A DNA stretch of 33,954 bases, taken from positions 1 to 33,954 of the forward strand of contig CAZTMY010000001.1 in assembly GCA_964614895.1 (NCBI GenBank), in the 5' to 3' direction. This stretch comes from an uncultured Anaerolineales bacterium. GTDB lineage: Bacteria > Chloroflexota > Anaerolineae > UBA1429. Below the pieces are notes generated by a model. The model was not told the origin of the DNA. It saw nothing but the letters and a program-made list of their open reading frames with translations, and did no database searches. Made by a program: the position numbers and the translations under genes. Positions 7,919-16,327 of this stretch are shown here, one piece after another; within the stretch, counting starts at the first letter, position 1, and every line of letters begins with the position of its first letter.

Positions 7919-9520
7919 ATGCGGGAGATGGGCAATCACGGCGCGATGCCTGTCCCCCCCAGAAGAGAGTCCACGGTGCACTGGGATTTCACACCATATG
8001 CTTGGCCCCTCCTCGCATCGGGCGTTGTCAGCATCGCGTTCGCGGTGCTGGCGCTCAAGCGTCGCCCCACCAAGGGAGCACTTGCCTTTGCTTCCCTCGA
8101 ATTCGCCGTCGCGATCTGGGCAGTGGCCTATGCCCTAGAGCTCTGTAGCCCCTCCCTCAACCAAAAGCTCTTTTGGTCCAGCATCGAATACATCGGCATC
8201 GTGGCGACACCTGTGATCTGGTTCATGTTTGCGCTCCAATACGGCGGCCGACCCGTACGTCCTTGGAGCCCCACCGCTTTGCTCCTGATCCTGATGTCAG
8301 TCGTCACCCTCATGATCGCTTGGACGAACCGCTACCATCTGCTCTTGCGCAGGGATGTGACCCTCCAGACGGTTGGTGATCTCACCATCATCGGCAAGAC
8401 TTACGGCCCCTGGTTCTGGGTGCACACGGTCTTTTCCTACACGCTGCTGGCCACAGGGACATTCGTCCTCATTCAGGAGCATTCCCGATCATCGCGGCTC
8501 TACCGGGCACAGACGGTTGCCTTGGTGCTGGGCGCTGTCATCCCCTGGATCAGCAACGCCCTCTACCTCACGGGAAACAACCCCGTGCCTGGCATGGACA
8601 TCACGCCCGCAACGTTTGCCATATCTGGGGTCGCCATTGCACTGGCGCTATTCCGGTACGGCCTGCTCGACCTGGTCCCCGCCGCACACGACACCATCAT
8701 CGCTTCGCTAAGCGATGGCGTCATCGTGCTGGATGACCGTGGCCGGATCGTCGACATGAATCCCGCCGCCGAGCACATTACCGGCCTCAGTACCTCCGAT
8801 GCCATCGGCCAGCATGCAAGTGTGATCTTTGCCGACCACTCCCAGGATCTGTCCCATTGCTGGAGCGCCTTGGACGCGCGCGCCGAGATCAGTCTGGGTT
8901 CGGGCGACGAGGCGGAACACTATGACATGCGCGTGTCGCCCCTATATGACGGGCGCGGATTGCTTACAGGGCGCGTCGTGCTCTTGCACGACGTCACCGA
9001 GCGCAAACTATTCGAGCAACAGCTCACCTATGTGAGCACGCACGATCCCCTCACAGATCTCTACAATCGCGGCTTTTTTGAAGACGCGATGGACCGTCTC
9101 AAAGAGTTCCCGGGCCCCGTCGGCGTGGTTACCGTGGATATCAACGAGTTAAAGGCCACCAACGACCGCTTTGGCCATCCGGCGGGGGATGCACTGCTGC
9201 GTCGCGTGGCCACCATGCTCCGAGCAGTCTTTCGTACCAACGACGTTGTTGCCCGTATCGGCGGCGACGAGTTTGGCATCCTCTTGCCCGGAGCCGACAA
9301 GACCGGCACCACCACGGCCCTCAACCGCATGCGTCGTGCCCTGGCTGCGCAGCGCGAGCTCGACAAGAGCGAGCGCATCAGCCTCTCCATGGGCAGCGCG
9401 GTAGCCCCCAAGGGGGCCAGCGTACGTCGTGCCTTCAGGGAAGCCGACGCGAGCATGTACGCAGACAAGCAACGCTACCGCGCCGCCAACGGCATCAGCC
9501 GCGACACGCGTTCTGCCTGA
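7919..9520 (+). CDS. Diguanylate cyclase with N-terminal multi-pass (7TM-type) sensor domain and PAS domain
   Basis: About 240 aa of hydrophobic helices resembling the histidine-kinase N-terminal 7TM module. A PAS-like segment follows (LSDGVIVLDDRGRIVDMNPAAEHITG). The GGDEF domain has RIGGDEF (GGDEF codons at 9260-9274) and an RxxD I-site (RTND) exactly 5 residues upstream. Confidence 0.85.
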   Translation: MREMGNHGAMPVPPRRESTVHWDFTPYAWPLLASGVVSIAFAVLALKRRPTKGALAFASLEFAVAIWAVAYALELCSPSLNQKLFWSSIEYIGIVATPVIWFMFALQYGGRPVRPWSPTALLLILMSVVTLMIAWTNRYHLLLRRDVTLQTVGDLTIIGKTYGPWFWVHTVFSYTLLATGTFVLIQEHSRSSRLYRAQTVALVLGAVIPWISNALYLTGNNPVPGMDITPATFAISGVAIALALFRYGLLDLVPAAHDTIIASLSDGVIVLDDRGRIVDMNPAAEHITGLSTSDAIGQHASVIFADHSQDLSHCWSALDARAEISLGSGDEAEHYDMRVSPLYDGRGLLTGRVVLLHDVTERKLFEQQLTYVSTHDPLTDLYNRGFFEDAMDRLKEFPGPVGVVTVDINELKATNDRFGHPAGDALLRRVATMLRAVFRTNDVVARIGGDEFGILLPGADKTGTTTALNRMRRALAAQRELDKSERISLSMGSAVAPKGASVRRAFREADASMYADKQRYRAANGISRDTRSA

Positions 9521-9570
9521 GCCTGGCCCAGCCTTCTGGCCTTGCCCCGCGCAAGCCGGCCCTCCCCACC

Positions 9571-9599
9571 TTGGCGTTCCGTGCTGCTTGCCCTATACT
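9571..9599 (+). promoter_or_regulatory. Putative promoter for the URO-D-like / sulfatase bicistron
   Basis: TTGGCG (9571-9576), 17 nt, TATACT (9594-9599). The ATG is at 9634, preceded by GGGAGGA. Confidence 0.4.
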
Positions 9600-9633
9600 G
9601 AGGGCCGTTGTGCACACGCCCTTGGGAGGAAGC

Positions 9634-10623
9634 ATGAACCATGTCGAGCGTTTTCGGGCGCTGATGGCATTCCAGCCCGTAGATCGCCTACCTAGGTTAG
9701 AGTGGGCTACTTGGTGGGACCAGACCATCGAGCGCTGGCATCAGGAAGGCCTGCCCCCGCACTTGACCGATACGTACGACATCGATCTCTACTTTGGCCT
9801 TGACCCGCACAAGCAGTTCTGGTTCAGCCCGCGCCTGCGCAGCATGCCACCGCCAGCGCACCACGGGGCAGGCGTTATCGCGAACAGCGACGACTATGAA
9901 CGGCTACGCGTACATCTGTTCCCGCCGGTTGAGCCGCTCGTGGCCAACATGGCCCCCTTTGGCGAGTTGCAGGACCGGGGCGACTGTGTAGTTTGGTTCA
10001 CCATCGACGGATTCTTCTGGTACCCAAGAACCCTGCTCGGGATCGAACGTCACCTATACGCCTTCTATGATCAACCTGAGCTCATGCATCGCATGAACGC
10101 CGAGTACACGGAATGGGCCATCGACCTTGTCCACGCCATGTGTCGCGTCTGCAAACCCACGTACATGACCTTTGCTGAAGACATGTCGTACAATCACGGC
10201 CCGATGCTGAGCAAGAGCTTGTTCGACGAGTTCATAGCACCCTACTACCGGCGCATCGTGCCCGTGCTGCGCGAGTATGATATTCTGCCCATCATCGATT
10301 CCGATGGCGATATCACCAAGCTGGTCCCCTGGTTCGCCCAAGTGGATGTACACGGATTCCTGCCACTAGAACGCCAAGCGGGCGTCGATCTCGCCAGCCT
10401 GCGCGCAGAGCATCCGCGGCTCCGAGTCATCGGCCACTTTGACAAGATGACCATGACCCGCGGCACCGACGTCATGCGCGCCGAGTTCGAGCGCCTGCAG
10501 CCGATCATGGAGCAGGGAGGGTACATCCCCAGCGTGGACCATCAGACACCGCCGGGGGTGTCGCTGGCTCAATACCGGCAGTACTTGGCGCTACTCTGGG
10601 AATTCACGGCCAAGGCGCCATAG
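9634..10623 (+). CDS. Uroporphyrinogen decarboxylase (URO-D) family protein, paralogue 1, function unknown
   Basis: MNHVERFRALMAFQPVDRLPRLEW...; central FAEDMSYNHGPMLS..LFDEF; C-terminal IPSVDHQTPPGVS. This is the architecture of URO-D/MtaA-superfamily TIM barrels. I chose the ATG at 9634 with a good SD over the TTG at 9571. Confidence 0.7.
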   Translation: MNHVERFRALMAFQPVDRLPRLEWATWWDQTIERWHQEGLPPHLTDTYDIDLYFGLDPHKQFWFSPRLRSMPPPAHHGAGVIANSDDYERLRVHLFPPVEPLVANMAPFGELQDRGDCVVWFTIDGFFWYPRTLLGIERHLYAFYDQPELMHRMNAEYTEWAIDLVHAMCRVCKPTYMTFAEDMSYNHGPMLSKSLFDEFIAPYYRRIVPVLREYDILPIIDSDGDITKLVPWFAQVDVHGFLPLERQAGVDLASLRAEHPRLRVIGHFDKMTMTRGTDVMRAEFERLQPIMEQGGYIPSVDHQTPPGVSLAQYRQYLALLWEFTAKAP

Positions 10624-10639
10624 CAGAGAGGAGGCTCCC

Positions 10640-12082
10640 ATGCCAGACCGACCCAACATAGTCCTGATCATGGCTGATCAGTGGCGAGGAGACTGTCTCT
10701 CAGTGTACGGGCATCCGACCGTGTTCACCCCCTATCTCGACCAACTGGCGGGCCGAGGCGTACGGTTCACGCGAGCCTATTCGGCTACCCCAACCTGTAT
10801 TCCGGCACGCGCCGGCCTCTACACCGGGCAATCCCCGCGCACACATGGCCGGGTGGGCTACCGCGACGGCGTGCCTTGGAACTATCCCGTAACGTTGGCT
10901 GGCGAGTTCACCCGTCACGGCTACCAGACCGAGGCCGTGGGCAAGATGCACGTGTACCCAGAACGCTCGCTGATGGGGTTCCAGCATGTCACGCTGCACG
11001 ACGGCTTTTTGCACTTTGCCCGTAGCCGCCATGCCAATCTCGCCGAGGTCGATGACTATGTCCCCTGGCTCCGCGAGCGTCTGGGACGCGATGCCGACTA
11101 TTTCGAGCACGGGGTGAATTGCAACTCGATGGTTGTTCGCCCATGGGACAAGGAAGAGTACCTCCACCCCACCAACTGGGTCACCAGCCAGGCCATCCGG
11201 TTCCTGCAGCGGCGCGACCGCCGCCGTCCGTTCTTCCTGTTCGTTTCCTACCATCGCCCTCACCCACCCCTAGATCCTCCAGCATGGGCCTATGAGATGT
11301 ACGCCCATCAGAACATGCCTGATCCGCCCATCGGCGACTGGCACCGCATCTTTGCCGAATCCTCGGCGCCCCACCGGGCCGACCCACTCTATGCCCATCT
11401 GGACTCGCGCGCGCTCCAGATGGCACGCGCCGGTTACTATGGGCACATGACACACATCGATCATCAGATCAACCGCCTGCTCGAATCCCTTCCGGAGAAC
11501 GGCGTCGGGGACAACACGTACATCTGCTTCACGGCAGATCATGGTGAGATGCTGGGAGACCATCACCTCTTCCGCAAGGCGTACCCCTACGAGGGGTCAG
11601 CGCGAGTGCCGCTGCTGCTGGCAGGACCAAGTGGTTCTGGAATCGTGCCAGATAGCGTGAGCCACAACGTGGTTGAGCTGCGGGACATCATGCCCACGCT
11701 GCTGACCGCCGCGGGGCTCCCGGTGCCAAGCACGGTCGAAGGCAAGAGTCTGCTACCCCTCGCGCGCGGCGAGGATGTTCCTTGGCGGCCCTACCTCCAC
11801 GGGGAGCATACCGCCATCGGCCAATCCATTCAGTGGCTGACCGACGGACACACCAAGTACGTCTGGTTCAGCGGCACAGGGCAAGAGCAGCTCTTTGATC
11901 TGGTATCGGATCCCCAGGAGACGATCAACCTAGCCACCAGAGCCGATATGCAAACACAGCTTGAGCGCTGGCGGCGAATCCTTATGTCCGAGCTTTCCGG
12001 ACGTGAGGAGGGGTTCACAGACGGAGAGAGGCTGATCACTGGGCGGCCGGTGCGCCCTTGCCTGGCCCACGTGCGCGCTTGA
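10640..12082 (+). CDS. Sulfatase (S1 family, Cys-type), no signal peptide
   Basis: PNIVLIMADQWRGD at residues 5-18. The formylglycine signature TPTC(53)IPARAGLYTG has its Cys codon at 10796-10798. Downstream are GKMH, a DHG-type motif (TADHGEMLGDH) and a C-terminal LFDL..DP.E..NL motif. It lies 16 nt after paralogue 1, with GAGAGGAGG as SD. Confidence 0.9.
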   Translation: MPDRPNIVLIMADQWRGDCLSVYGHPTVFTPYLDQLAGRGVRFTRAYSATPTCIPARAGLYTGQSPRTHGRVGYRDGVPWNYPVTLAGEFTRHGYQTEAVGKMHVYPERSLMGFQHVTLHDGFLHFARSRHANLAEVDDYVPWLRERLGRDADYFEHGVNCNSMVVRPWDKEEYLHPTNWVTSQAIRFLQRRDRRRPFFLFVSYHRPHPPLDPPAWAYEMYAHQNMPDPPIGDWHRIFAESSAPHRADPLYAHLDSRALQMARAGYYGHMTHIDHQINRLLESLPENGVGDNTYICFTADHGEMLGDHHLFRKAYPYEGSARVPLLLAGPSGSGIVPDSVSHNVVELRDIMPTLLTAAGLPVPSTVEGKSLLPLARGEDVPWRPYLHGEHTAIGQSIQWLTDGHTKYVWFSGTGQEQLFDLVSDPQETINLATRADMQTQLERWRRILMSELSGREEGFTDGERLITGRPVRPCLAHVRA

Positions 12083-12174
12083 GTGGAAGCGCCCTTTAGC
12101 GCCCGATTAGCGTGCTCACCACTGGCGGTGCCACCAAGCAAGCGACTAGATCATCTAACTTGTGCGCGGCCGTG

Positions 12175-13158
12175 TCAGCGACCCGTCGCATAGACGTGAT
12201 AGGCCCGACTGTAACTGATGATGGCGTCCAGGCAGGCCGCCGCCTGTAGGAACACGCCTGCTACTTGCGAGGTGTACCCTATGATGCGAGCCATATCCCC
12301 CGCCGTCAGCCCGATCTGGTCCCGCCGAGCCAACGCCAGAAAGACAACCAGGAACTGACTGCCAATCAGCGCTGCGTATCGCAGATAGAGATACCATTGG
12401 TGGCGTGAAACCAGCTCCACAAATACCTCTTTTCGACGCCGCAACACATCGCGCAGACGATCGCGATGCGCCTCTTCCCGCGGCGCCGTGAGCGCGCGGA
12501 TACATGCCCCCTCCACCTGGTTGATCAGCCCATACTGGTCGTCACGCAGCACGCGCAAGCGATTGTTAAAGATCACCGTCATAGCGGCAGGGATCACCAA
12601 GCTTGCAAGATATGCCAGCCCCAACTGCGTGTTCATGGCGAGCAGGCTCGAAGAGACGACGATAATCTTGATGATCACCGGAAGAAACGAGCCCAAGACA
12701 TGGTAGGTGGCGTTGGTGATACCGCTAACCGCATTGGCGATACGGGCGTTGGCCTGTCCCGCGGCCTCGGCATCGATCTCGCGGCCCTCGTCGCAAAGCG
12801 CAACGGTCATCTGCACGCGCTTGGAGAAATCAGTCTCGTAGAACATCTTGTGGCGCAATACGATGTTGCCGCGCAAGACCAGAGGTGCCAGCAGGGACGC
12901 GCCGAGAAATAGCAAAACGACGCTACCCAGATCCGCCGTAGAGAACCGATCGATGAACTCGCCCAATAGACTGACGGGCCACAGCGCCACAATCTCCTGG
13001 ATCGCTGTTACCACCAGGATGGCGAGAGCGTACCACTTGTAATCCATGATCAGACCCCAGACATCGCGCCAGAAAGCGGCGTTGGAATCCGTCGCCATGG
13101 GCCCAGAAGGGCGCCTAGCAAACAACCTTGAGATTGGGGATCGTCTGGGAGTGCTCAT
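12175..13158 (-). CDS. ABC exporter-type transmembrane domain protein lacking a nucleotide-binding domain
   Basis: The 327-aa ORF has the six-helix layout and long intracellular-loop helices of type I ABC exporter TMDs. No Walker A/B or LSGGQ is present anywhere in the ORF. Only 92 nt remain before the convergent sulfatase gene. Confidence 0.5.
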   Translation of the reverse strand: MSTPRRSPISRLFARRPSGPMATDSNAAFWRDVWGLIMDYKWYALAILVVTAIQEIVALWPVSLLGEFIDRFSTADLGSVVLLFLGASLLAPLVLRGNIVLRHKMFYETDFSKRVQMTVALCDEGREIDAEAAGQANARIANAVSGITNATYHVLGSFLPVIIKIIVVSSSLLAMNTQLGLAYLASLVIPAAMTVIFNNRLRVLRDDQYGLINQVEGACIRALTAPREEAHRDRLRDVLRRRKEVFVELVSRHQWYLYLRYAALIGSQFLVVFLALARRDQIGLTAGDMARIIGYTSQVAGVFLQAAACLDAIISYSRAYHVYATGR

Positions 13159-13336
13159 TCTCAGGTACCACCATATTCGACTAGGAACTCGGCATGAACC
13201 GCGATGATACGTCTGATTCCCCAGGATGCAAATGCGCGAGCGTGATCCACACGCACGCTTGCCAACACGCTGGATGGTAGCTATGTTATGGCGTCACTTG
13301 GGTATGAGAAGAGTACAATCGCAAGCGAGGCACCTC

Positions 13337-14419
13337 ATGAGTATGACGGGCAAAGAACGGATGGAACGCATCCTCCGCCACGAGCCGGTGGACCGCATCG
13401 GCCTGATGGAACATTTCTGGTCAGACACGGCAAGCGCTTGGACGAGCCAGGGCCACCTTCAGCCAGGAGAGAACCTAGCGGATCATTTCGGTTTTGACCT
13501 CGAGCTAAGCTGGGCGCTCAACATGGTGGCAGATCTGGACTGGGAGCCCGAGGTGCTCGATGAGACGGACGAGACCATCCTCACGCGCAATGGCAACTAT
13601 GCCGTGATGCGTACGCACAAGCTACACGACGCCACACCAGAACACGTCGATTTCGCCGTCAAGGGACGCGAGGCTTGGGAGGAACTGATCAAGCCCAAAC
13701 TCACGCCCGATCCGCGCCGCATCAACTTCCAGGCGTACCGCGAGACCAAAGAGCGAGCCGCCAAGGCTGGCCGCTTCTTTATGCTGTCAGGCGTGAACGT
13801 ATTCGAGATCATGAAGGACGTCACCGGTCATGAGCACATGCTCGTAGGCATGGCGCTGGACCCCGACTGGGTGCGCGACATGGCCGACACGTACGCGCAT
13901 CTGATCATCGAGCTACAGGAGATGCTATTCGCCCAAGAGGGCTGGCCCGACGGCATCTGGTACTATGAGGACATGGGATTCAAGGCCAAGCCCTTCATGT
14001 CGCCGCGCATGTACAAGACCATCGTCCAACCGGCTCACGAGCTGACCCTAGGCTTTGCCAAGGAGCACGGCTTGCCGACGATCGTCCACTCGTGCGGCTA
14101 TATCGAGCCTCTCATCCCGGGGCTCATTGAGGCCGGCATGGACTGCCTGCAAGTCATTGAGGTGAAAGCGGGCATGGATCTGCTCAAGCTTTATGCCGAG
14201 TTTGGCGACCGCATCTCGTTCATGGGCGGCATCGACGTGCGCGTGCTCTATACCAACGATAGAGCACAAATCGACGCCGAGCTGGAGGCCAAGATCCCCA
14301 CCGTCATGCAGAACAACGGCTATGTCCTCCACAGCGATCACTCGATCCCCAACACGGTACACTATGACACGTATCGCTACTTTATCGACAAAGGGCTCGA
14401 GCTAGGGACGTATCGCTAG
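13337..14419 (+). CDS. URO-D family protein, paralogue 2 (carries an H-x-C-G motif), function unknown
   Basis: MSMTGKERMERILRHEPVDRIGLMEHFW...; YYEDMGFKAKPFMSPRMY; TIVHSCGY (His-Ser-Cys-Gly codons at 14087-14098); VLHSDHSIPNTV. Same fold signature as paralogue 1. I chose the ATG at 13337 over the start at 13226. Confidence 0.7.
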   Translation: MSMTGKERMERILRHEPVDRIGLMEHFWSDTASAWTSQGHLQPGENLADHFGFDLELSWALNMVADLDWEPEVLDETDETILTRNGNYAVMRTHKLHDATPEHVDFAVKGREAWEELIKPKLTPDPRRINFQAYRETKERAAKAGRFFMLSGVNVFEIMKDVTGHEHMLVGMALDPDWVRDMADTYAHLIIELQEMLFAQEGWPDGIWYYEDMGFKAKPFMSPRMYKTIVQPAHELTLGFAKEHGLPTIVHSCGYIEPLIPGLIEAGMDCLQVIEVKAGMDLLKLYAEFGDRISFMGGIDVRVLYTNDRAQIDAELEAKIPTVMQNNGYVLHSDHSIPNTVHYDTYRYFIDKGLELGTYR

Positions 14420-14434
14420 GCACACGCACATAGG

Positions 14435-14467
14435 AAAGCGGGCGGACGCTCCACGTCCGCCCGCTTT
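14435..14467. terminator. Bidirectional intrinsic terminator hairpin
   Basis: AAAGCGGGCGGACG (14435-14448) / loop CTCCA / CGTCCGCCCGCTTT (14454-14467) is a perfect 14-bp stem. The A-run on one side and T-run on the other give a U-tract on both strands. It lies between convergent genes. Confidence 0.7.
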
Positions 14468-14478
14468 TCGCTCCCAAG

Positions 14479-15984
14479 CTAGTGCCCCGGCGGCAGCGCC
14501 GCATCCGCCGGAGTCGGTAGCGGCCCTTCAGGTGGCTGCGGCACGGGTAGGGCATCCTCCGTCATGATGGCCCAATCTCCCAGCCGCTGCCGCAAGTTCG
14601 CCTCCACCGCGGCGTACGCTGGCTCCGCTGCCACGTTCCTCAGCTCCCAGGGATCGTTCTCCAGATCGTAAAGCTCATCCAGATCGCCCATGGGGTCATG
14701 GACGTACTTCCAGCGACGGGTGCGGATCATCTTCCGCCTTCCCTCGGCCTCGCGCCAACGCAGCGAGCGCAGGAGCGACGCCCGGCCACGCGGGGCATCC
14801 AGCGCCCGCAGATCATCCATGGTGAAAGCCGGCCCACCGCAGCCATACTCCGAGAACGCCGCATCGCGCGGCGCGGCCTCTGTCACCGTGGGCAAAGGAT
14901 GGCTCTGAACCCACCAAGGTATCGTGTCGCCCTGCAGCGTCATCAACGTAGGCACCACGTCCACCAAACTGACCATGCTGTCATCAACCACCCCCTCGGG
15001 GACGTTTCCGGGCCATGACACCACCATGGGAATGCGGGTCAGCGCGTCGTAAAAGACCCCGCCTTTGCATTGCATGCGGTGCTCCCCAGCAAAGTCGCCG
15101 TGGTCCGCGCAGAACACAACTATAGTGCGCTCACGGAGGCCGAGACGCTCCAGCGCATCTAGAATCTGTCCCAGAGCATCATCCAGAAAGCGCACCATGC
15201 CATAGTAGGCCGCCAGCAGGCCATAGATGTGCTCCGTGGGCTCGTCCTCCAAGCCGAGCATCTGATAGAGCACGCGGTTACGCTCAGGTGCGCCGTCGAG
15301 CTCGCCTTCGCGCCAGGGCGGAAGCTCGATTACGTCAGGCGAAAACATCTCGGCATAGCGACGAGGCGCTTCGTAGGGCTCGTGCGGATCCGGGAACGAG
15401 ACCCACAGCGCAAAGCGGTCCTCTTGGTGCTGCTCCAAGAACCGCTCTGTCTGTAACGCCACCAGGCCTGTGCCATAGTCGGCCAAATGGTAGTCCGTGT
15501 GCGCGTACGAGAACATGGGGCTGACGTCTGGCATGTGGCGTCGCACGCTGTGAGCGCGGATCACGCCGTCAATGGGCCGCGCCCAGGCCAAGCCCACTGG
15601 CGGCTCGGAAGCGGGCCCGCCGTGGCTGATCTCGCACCACGTCCCAAAGAGCGCGCGGTTGTCCGCATCGTAGAAGCAGTGGTTCTTGCCGATGAGGCCA
15701 CAGTGGTAGCCCTGCTGATGCCAGTGAGCAAAGGCGTGCGGCCGCCCGACCGGCATCGGGGTCTCGTTGCGTCGCGCCCCATTCTGGTGGGGATAGCTAG
15801 CAGTCCAGAGGGCCACGCGCGCTGGCATGCATAGCGGATGCGGGGTGAAGGCGTGCCGAAAGGTCACTCCCTCGTCAGCGAGCCGCTGGAGTGACGGCGT
15901 CTGGCAGAAGGTATTGCCGTACAGATGGCTGGCAGTAGCTTTGAGCTGGTCGCACATGATGACGAGGATGTTGGGCTGGGGCAT
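14479..15984 (-). CDS. Sulfatase (S1 family, Cys-type), no signal peptide
   Basis: PNILVIMCDQ at residues 4-13. The signature is PLC(52)MPARVALWT, with the Cys codon at 15829-15831 (minus strand). Also CADHGDFAGEH and a C-terminal LYDLENDPWELRN. AGGAGG lies just upstream of the ATG. Confidence 0.9.
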   Translation of the reverse strand: MPQPNILVIMCDQLKATASHLYGNTFCQTPSLQRLADEGVTFRHAFTPHPLCMPARVALWTASYPHQNGARRNETPMPVGRPHAFAHWHQQGYHCGLIGKNHCFYDADNRALFGTWCEISHGGPASEPPVGLAWARPIDGVIRAHSVRRHMPDVSPMFSYAHTDYHLADYGTGLVALQTERFLEQHQEDRFALWVSFPDPHEPYEAPRRYAEMFSPDVIELPPWREGELDGAPERNRVLYQMLGLEDEPTEHIYGLLAAYYGMVRFLDDALGQILDALERLGLRERTIVVFCADHGDFAGEHRMQCKGGVFYDALTRIPMVVSWPGNVPEGVVDDSMVSLVDVVPTLMTLQGDTIPWWVQSHPLPTVTEAAPRDAAFSEYGCGGPAFTMDDLRALDAPRGRASLLRSLRWREAEGRRKMIRTRRWKYVHDPMGDLDELYDLENDPWELRNVAAEPAYAAVEANLRQRLGDWAIMTEDALPVPQPPEGPLPTPADAALPPGH

Positions 15985-16072
15985 GAGACCTCCTGGCAGC
16001 TAGACGACGGGGAGATTGCACAGCCTGCCCGATAAAGCGCGCCGCCTCCATAGCGTGGGGTCAAACCTCCTA

Positions 16073-16327
16073 GCACCCCACCACCGTTGGCGCCGCTAGA
16101 TCCGGGTAGAGACCCGCCATGGGAATACCCACCTCGATGGCAAGAGACACGAGCCACTCGATGGTGGCACGTGCCTCGGTGGTCAGCGGGATGCCTCCCT
16201 TGGCCATGGTGAGCGCAATCAGCTTGGCGCCATGCTTGGCCTAGGTCGAGTTGATCATCGCTCGCTTCTTGGCCGGCTTGGCCTCTAGCTCCAGAAATGT
16301 GGTGCCCAACGCGTCTAGCGCCTCACC
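16073..16327 (-). pseudogene. Possible decayed fragment of a pterin-binding (MeTr/MtrH/MetH-type) methyltransferase domain
   Basis: My translation of the minus strand gives GEALDALGTTFLELEAKPAKKRAMINST*AKHGAKLIALTMAKGGIPLTTEARATIEWLVSLAIEVGIPMAGLYPD. An in-frame TAG sits at 16241-16243 and stops lie at both ends. The pattern INS-x-...-K.GA.(V/L)IAL-...-GIP.T.E.R-...-A.E.GIP-...-D resembles the central strands of pterin-binding barrels. The match is made from memory only. Confidence 0.3.

Noticed and set aside
13226-13336. N-terminal extensions suggested by the ORF track. Examples are 13226 for URO-D2, 2145 for rfbC, 5819 and 6843 for the GT2s, 9571 for URO-D1, 21186 for the permease, 23967 for the SBP, 28546 for sulfatase 3, 29850 for the GTPase and 30083 for GH78.
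   Set aside because: In each case an internal ATG (or GTG) is preceded by a purine-rich SD at 5-9 nt, and the family-conserved N-terminus begins there. The extensions are basic, low-complexity sequence or overlap the upstream gene or promoter.
15864-16157. 97-aa minus-strand ORF (MARVSCHRGGYSHGG...) upstream of and overlapping the sulfatase 2 start
   Set aside because: It is Gly/Ser-rich low complexity and overlaps the well-supported sulfatase N-terminus out of frame. It probably arises from frame-shifted remains of the decayed gene described in the findings.
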